This document shows, one piece after another, positions 6,447 to 10,491 of a stretch of DNA of 10,491 nucleotides. Source of the stretch: Candidatus Heimdallarchaeota archaeon. Its GTDB lineage: Archaea > Asgardarchaeota > Heimdallarchaeia > Heimdallarchaeales > Kariarchaeaceae. Under the pieces are notes generated by a model, which worked only from the letters and a program-made list of their open reading frames with translations, was not told where the DNA came from and did no database searches. Numbering within the stretch: position 1 is the stretch's first letter; the number at the start of each line of letters is the position of its first letter. The position numbers and the translations under genes were made by a program. Where the stretch lies: assembly GCA_015523565.1 (NCBI GenBank), contig WAKA01000211.1:1-10491 (forward strand), in the 5' to 3' direction.

Positions 6447-7247
6447 ATGGAACCTGCACCCATGGAAGTGTTGTTTGAGGAAAACGAGGCAATTTCGCAC
6501 CAGTATGCGGGCAAGACATTCCACTCATTGGAGATGGGCAATGGCAAGCCCATTGTGTTCATTCCCGGCACAGGCGGGGATGAGAAGATTTTCAAGCGTA
6601 TCCAAGTCCCCCTGTCAAGGGAATACAGGACGATTGCATTTTCGCACATACACCTGAAGAAGGTTTCAGATGTTGTGGATGCATGGCATGAGGTTCTTTC
6701 GGACATGGTAGGGGAACCGTTCCATTTATTGGGTACATCAGTTGGGGGCAGGATTGTGCAGTATTATGCTGAGAGATATCCTGATGACTTGCTAAGTGTG
6801 ACAATAGGCAATTCATATGTAGACAATTCGACGATACGCAAAAAGTACAAGCTTACAGGTGTTGTCCTGCCAGTACTTCCCATGTCACTCATATCGAGAA
6901 TTGCGGCAAAAGGGATGCTCAAGGGGTTTGAACAGTATGAAAATGGGGCACAGGCCGCGATGTTCTTCCAAAAGCATGTGCGTCAATCCAGCAAAAGTGA
7001 GTTCATAGCCCGTGTACGTTGGAATCTTGAGAAACTCCCACCGCCAAAGATAGAAGTGCCGACCCATGTGATCTATTCAGGAGATGATCCTGTAATTGAC
7101 AGGCAGACAAGGGATCATTTGAATGAATATTACATGAATGCAGAAAAGACGAAAATCGATTGGGGGGGTCACTTCCCATACATTATAAACCCAGAGCCTT
7201 ACCTTGAAGGACTTTACGGCTTTGTCACCTCATTGGTGAAAAATTGA
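6447..7247 (+). CDS. Alpha/beta hydrolase, maspardin (SPG21)-like, catalytic triad intact
   Basis: Oxyanion loop IVFIPGTGG, nucleophile elbow HLLGTSVGG, acid in SGDDPVI and His in WGGHFPY. ATG at 6447 is preferred to TTG at 6435 because TTTTATTT lies about 21 nt upstream. Confidence 0.88.
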   Translation: MEPAPMEVLFEENEAISHQYAGKTFHSLEMGNGKPIVFIPGTGGDEKIFKRIQVPLSREYRTIAFSHIHLKKVSDVVDAWHEVLSDMVGEPFHLLGTSVGGRIVQYYAERYPDDLLSVTIGNSYVDNSTIRKKYKLTGVVLPVLPMSLISRIAAKGMLKGFEQYENGAQAAMFFQKHVRQSSKSEFIARVRWNLEKLPPPKIEVPTHVIYSGDDPVIDRQTRDHLNEYYMNAEKTKIDWGGHFPYIINPEPYLEGLYGFVTSLVKN

Positions 7248-7918
7248 TTGACTAGAAAGTTTCCCATGAGACCGCCAATGACAGCAAGCAGTATAATGGA
7301 TGGAATTGCAACCAGGTAGATTTTTCGGGGATTGCCCCTTTCCAGAGTGAAGGGTTTCACGAAAGAGAATATGGGGCCATAGATACCCATATACATCCCT
7401 GCATAAAGCCAAGCAGTATTCCAATCATGCAATCCAAGCATGAATTTCAAGAGAAAACCCCCGAACGCCCCCATGAAAAACATGTCAGATGGTTTCAAAA
7501 CCAAGTGCCGATGAATGAGGAAAATGAACAGGGCAAGGAAGAGGAATCCCGGAAAGTTCTCGACAAGGAGCTTGAGATACAATGTCTGGGTTGACACGTC
7601 ATTCTCATTGCTTTTGAAGAAAATGAAGAAGAGTACGGACTCATTGAAAAATGTGAGAATAAGGCTTGACAAAAAGAAGTACAACCAGAATGGGCTCATT
7701 ATCAGGATTTCATTTGTCTTTTCCCTCAATTTCCCAATGCCGACAAGCCATAGCAACAAGTATGTGGAAAGAAGGACTTGAGAACGGTCTTCATTGGCAA
7801 GTCCCAAGACAAACAGTGCACTCATGCTGAAAATGAAAAACGTGATGATCAAGCTGTTGGCCTTGTTGACAACCTGGCTTTCCTCGCATTGGTACCAATG
7901 ATAAATGTAAAAAGACAC
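7214..7918 (-). CDS. Hypothetical multi-pass membrane protein
   Basis: 234-aa ORF with about 7 hydrophobic segments. It overlaps the hydrolase 3' end by 34 bp (convergent), and TATA-like AATATAAA lies about 25 nt upstream of the GTG. Confidence 0.7.
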   Translation of the reverse strand: MSFYIYHWYQCEESQVVNKANSLIITFFIFSMSALFVLGLANEDRSQVLLSTYLLLWLVGIGKLREKTNEILIMSPFWLYFFLSSLILTFFNESVLFFIFFKSNENDVSTQTLYLKLLVENFPGFLFLALFIFLIHRHLVLKPSDMFFMGAFGGFLLKFMLGLHDWNTAWLYAGMYMGIYGPIFSFVKPFTLERGNPRKIYLVAIPSIILLAVIGGLMGNFLVNQFFTNEVTKP

Positions 7919-7989
7919 ATGTAACGATAGGTTCCCGCCTGATTTATATTTTCTTGTGGTTTGGAAGCGAGATTCCCATTATTTAGGAG

Positions 7990-8634
7990 TTAGATTCCCA
8001 TTTCTTCCAACCATGTGTTCAATTCCTCCAAAGAACCGACCACCTCAAGATTCTTGTTGGTGCCCAATGTACGGGATTTTCTCATTTTCTGGACAAGTCT
8101 TTGCAGGTGATGTGCATCCAGCATCCCCTTGGCGGCTTCAAGCACCACCCTTGGATAACGAAGGCTCATTTCGCCAAGTACATGATACCTCTCCTTGATT
8201 GTGATGTCCGCCTCCCCAATGATTGGAATTACCGTTTCGGGAGGAACCTTGGAATCATACCAACAAAGCACTGCCAATTCATGGACAGGCGGAAAGGGCA
8301 TCAGTTTTTCTGAAAGTTTCCGTGCGACCTGCCCTATCTCTGCGTGGAAAATCAGGGCAGTAACCAAAACATAGTCAGTGACGGCATAAGCCAGTTGAAG
8401 CTCCTTCTCGTTTCCCCCAATCCGTTGCTTGACCTGTCCAAGAAATTCATCGAGAGAGCCTATAAAATCAGAAGGTTCTTCCAGAACATCCGCATACCCT
8501 TCCACATCCCGCATCATCCTTTTTGCCGTTTCCATCAGCATTCTCCTTTCAGGAGTCTGTTTGGACACATACAAATGCAGTTGCTTCAGCAAATCCCCAT
8601 GTGCTTCCAAGACCATACATGATTTATGGCACAA
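7990..8634 (-). CDS. Hypothetical soluble protein
   Basis: 214-aa ORF with normal amino-acid composition, starting 9 bp after the stop of the upstream co-oriented gene. No recognised motif. Confidence 0.7.
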   Translation of the reverse strand: MCHKSCMVLEAHGDLLKQLHLYVSKQTPERRMLMETAKRMMRDVEGYADVLEEPSDFIGSLDEFLGQVKQRIGGNEKELQLAYAVTDYVLVTALIFHAEIGQVARKLSEKLMPFPPVHELAVLCWYDSKVPPETVIPIIGEADITIKERYHVLGEMSLRYPRVVLEAAKGMLDAHHLQRLVQKMRKSRTLGTNKNLEVVGSLEELNTWLEEMGI

Positions 8635-8643
8635 TTCCTTAAA

Positions 8644-9336
8644 TCATTGGTGATGCCTTTCATGGATGACTTGATTCAAATGGTCAATCCTTTTCACCTT
8701 TGAGGCAAGATATACAAGGAACAATAGGGATGAGTAGACAATGAACTTTTGCAATAGCTTGCTGTACCATGTGTTGATGTCTATCAAGACCAAGACCAAC
8801 ACAATGAATGCAAAGCCCAGATAATCAGCAGGTGAAAGAAACTCCCTGAAGTTGTGGCATATCTTCAGGATCCTGATGACAAGAAACGTGATCACCACGT
8901 AGTAGATGCCTATCGCCAAAAAGAAAATCAAGGCAGAAATTGCATGGGGAATATAGGTGGAGTTCTCGGCAGGGAGGAGCCCAACCCCTGCAAGAGCAAT
9001 TGAACTGACAATGGCCGCCCCAAAGGAGAACTTGAGATAACGATCATTTCCCGAAGGCACATTCCGTAGCAAAATCCCATTAATGGCCCAATATGTGGGA
9101 ATGAGCAAAATGGCAGTGATGATCACGGAATAGTTGAAGATAAAGGGATATCTTGCCTTGCCTGTCCCCAATGTGCTAAGAAAATCCCCGGAAATCGAAT
9201 ACCCCGGAAAAAGAAGGATCGAGAGAATGGAGGTGAATACAAAAAATCCGAGGACAAGCAATGTAAAACTTAAGATATGGTTATGCTCGTGATCCTCAAG
9301 ACCGAAGACCCGATGCAGTCTATCAAGAAATGCCAT
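8644..9336 (-). CDS. DUF998 / Frag1-DRAM-Sfk1-like membrane protein
   Basis: PGYSISGDFLSTLG, FIFN, GVGLLP and H-A-I-S-A motifs with about 6 TM segments, as recalled for DUF998. Confidence 0.7.
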   Translation of the reverse strand: MAFLDRLHRVFGLEDHEHNHILSFTLLVLGFFVFTSILSILLFPGYSISGDFLSTLGTGKARYPFIFNYSVIITAILLIPTYWAINGILLRNVPSGNDRYLKFSFGAAIVSSIALAGVGLLPAENSTYIPHAISALIFFLAIGIYYVVITFLVIRILKICHNFREFLSPADYLGFAFIVLVLVLIDINTWYSKLLQKFIVYSSLLFLVYLASKVKRIDHLNQVIHERHHQ

Positions 9337-9580
9337 GCGTAACTTATTGCATCGGGAATATTAATACGTTCAATAATAAAATTACAAGTGCCCATTATTG
9401 CCTGAAAGCGAAAAGTGCCAACTGATCAAGGATGGAACAAGTGTGCATTGCCTGGAAGTGAATATTCTCAAGAAACTGAAGCAGATTTCAATGGTGCAGA
9501 ATCGGGATCAAAAACCACCCCCAAAATTCTTGGAGGAGAATGGCTGGAAGTGGCCCTGTTCAAAACAGTGCAATGTACAT

Positions 9581-9633
9581 TACGTAATTCGAAACGTTTA
9601 TGTAGGGAGTCTGAGAATGAAGAATCACCCGTA
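9581..9633 (+). promoter_or_regulatory. Proximal leader/promoter of the large CRISPR array
   Basis: CGAAACGTTTATGTAGGGAGTCTGAGAATGAAGAATCACCCGTA directly precedes repeat 1, with a BRE/TATA-like element about 30-35 nt upstream. The region 9337-9633 appears non-coding. Confidence 0.7.
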
Positions 9634-10491
9634 GTCGCGAACGCCTAAAACCTAGAAATAGGATTGAAACCATTTCTTGCACTCATATACAAGATGCTTG
9701 GATATGTCGCGAACGCCTAAAACCTAGAAATAGGATTGAAACAAATTGAGATATTCGGTTGCGGGAGTTTGGGCTCACATAGTCGCGAACGCCTAAAACC
9801 TAGAAATAGGATTGAAACATGATCCAGTTTGGCGGGAAGATTTGAGTGATTCTTGTCGCGAACGCCTAAAACCTAGAAATAGGATTGAAACTAAAATTCC
9901 TATCTCTATTTTTTATAGCGTCCTGTCTCGTCGCGAACGCCTAAAACCTAGAAATAGGATTGAAACGTCAGCTTGAATTTCTTCGTATATTCTTTCATGA
10001 ATTGTCGCGAACGCCTAAAACCTAGAAATAGGATTGAAACACTGCTGAAAAATCAAGATACATATTAGCCATAATATGTCGCGAACGCCTAAAACCTAGA
10101 AATAGGATTGAAACTTGAGAACAGAAGAATATGTCCAGAACATGGATGCAGTCGCGAACGCCTAAAACCTAGAAATAGGATTGAAACCCAAAGAGCCTTG
10201 CGAAGCTGGTCATACTGGGCATACGTCGCGAACGCCTAAAACCTAGAAATAGGATTGAAACAGGTACAGGAGTGACACGGCACCGTCGTCAAGGTCTTGT
10301 CGCGAACGCCTAAAACCTAGAAATAGGATTGAAACACTCATCCCAATTCACAAGTTTTCTCTCCCTCATATGTCGCGAACGCCTAAAACCTAGAAATAGG
10401 ATTGAAACGTTATAAGGTCAGTCACAAACTGTGACCTGAACCTGAGTCGCGAACGCCTAAAACCTAGAAATAGGATTGAAACGTTATAAGG
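9634..10491 (+). CRISPR. CRISPR array, 12 identical 37-bp repeats GTCGCGAACGCCTAAAACCTAGAAATAGGATTGAAAC, 11 full spacers, truncated at window end
   Basis: Repeats start at 9634, 9706, 9782, 9855, 9930, 10004, 10078, 10151, 10225, 10299, 10372 and 10446. Spacers are 35-39 bp. A CCTA-GAAA-TAGG hairpin is followed by the 8-nt ATTGAAAC handle typical of Cas6-processed class 1 repeats. Confidence 0.98.

Noticed and set aside
390-8653. Numerous 60-100 aa ORFs antisense to or nested in the main genes
   Set aside because: They are shadow ORFs of well-supported CDSs with no independent evidence.
9398-9648. ORFs 9398-9634 and 9415-9648 (+) as a small cas gene
   Set aside because: They lie in the leader, run into the first repeat, and show no Cas2/Cas4 motif pattern.
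9892-9929. Spacer 4 reverse complement shares GAGACAGG with the 41-bp repeat and ATAGGAAT with about 3287
   Set aside because: The two 8-nt matches are non-contiguous and expected by chance, so this is not self-targeting.
1-10491. tRNA/rRNA genes, transposases, integrases, cas genes
   Set aside because: None was recognisable by eye.

Overview
Archaeal chromosomal window, probably from an Asgard-like lineage (inferred from a longin-like protein, TATA boxes about 20-25 nt upstream of start codons and intergenic tandem repeats). It is bracketed by two outward-facing CRISPR arrays, and no cas gene is visible. Left end: an AT-rich, translationally coupled pair (ABC/AAA-type ATPase, 5'-truncated by the window, plus a small TOPRIM-like protein) is followed 55 bp later by a degenerate 5-repeat CRISPR mini-array on the minus strand, pointing toward the pair. 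Middle: a RecA/KaiC-fold protein with a dead Walker A, a longin-like protein, a rhodanese sulfurtransferase, an MFS transporter, a maspardin-like alpha/beta hydrolase, two membrane proteins and one soluble hypothetical protein. Three unrelated intergenic tandem repeats (41, 22/44 and 43 bp periods) are interspersed. Right end: a pristine array of 12 identical 37-bp repeats running off the window. The two arrays have different repeats but share the same 3' hairpin and a homologous leader/promoter motif at the same spacing. The best candidate for an undescribed system is the ATPase-TOPRIM pair plus the frozen mini-array.
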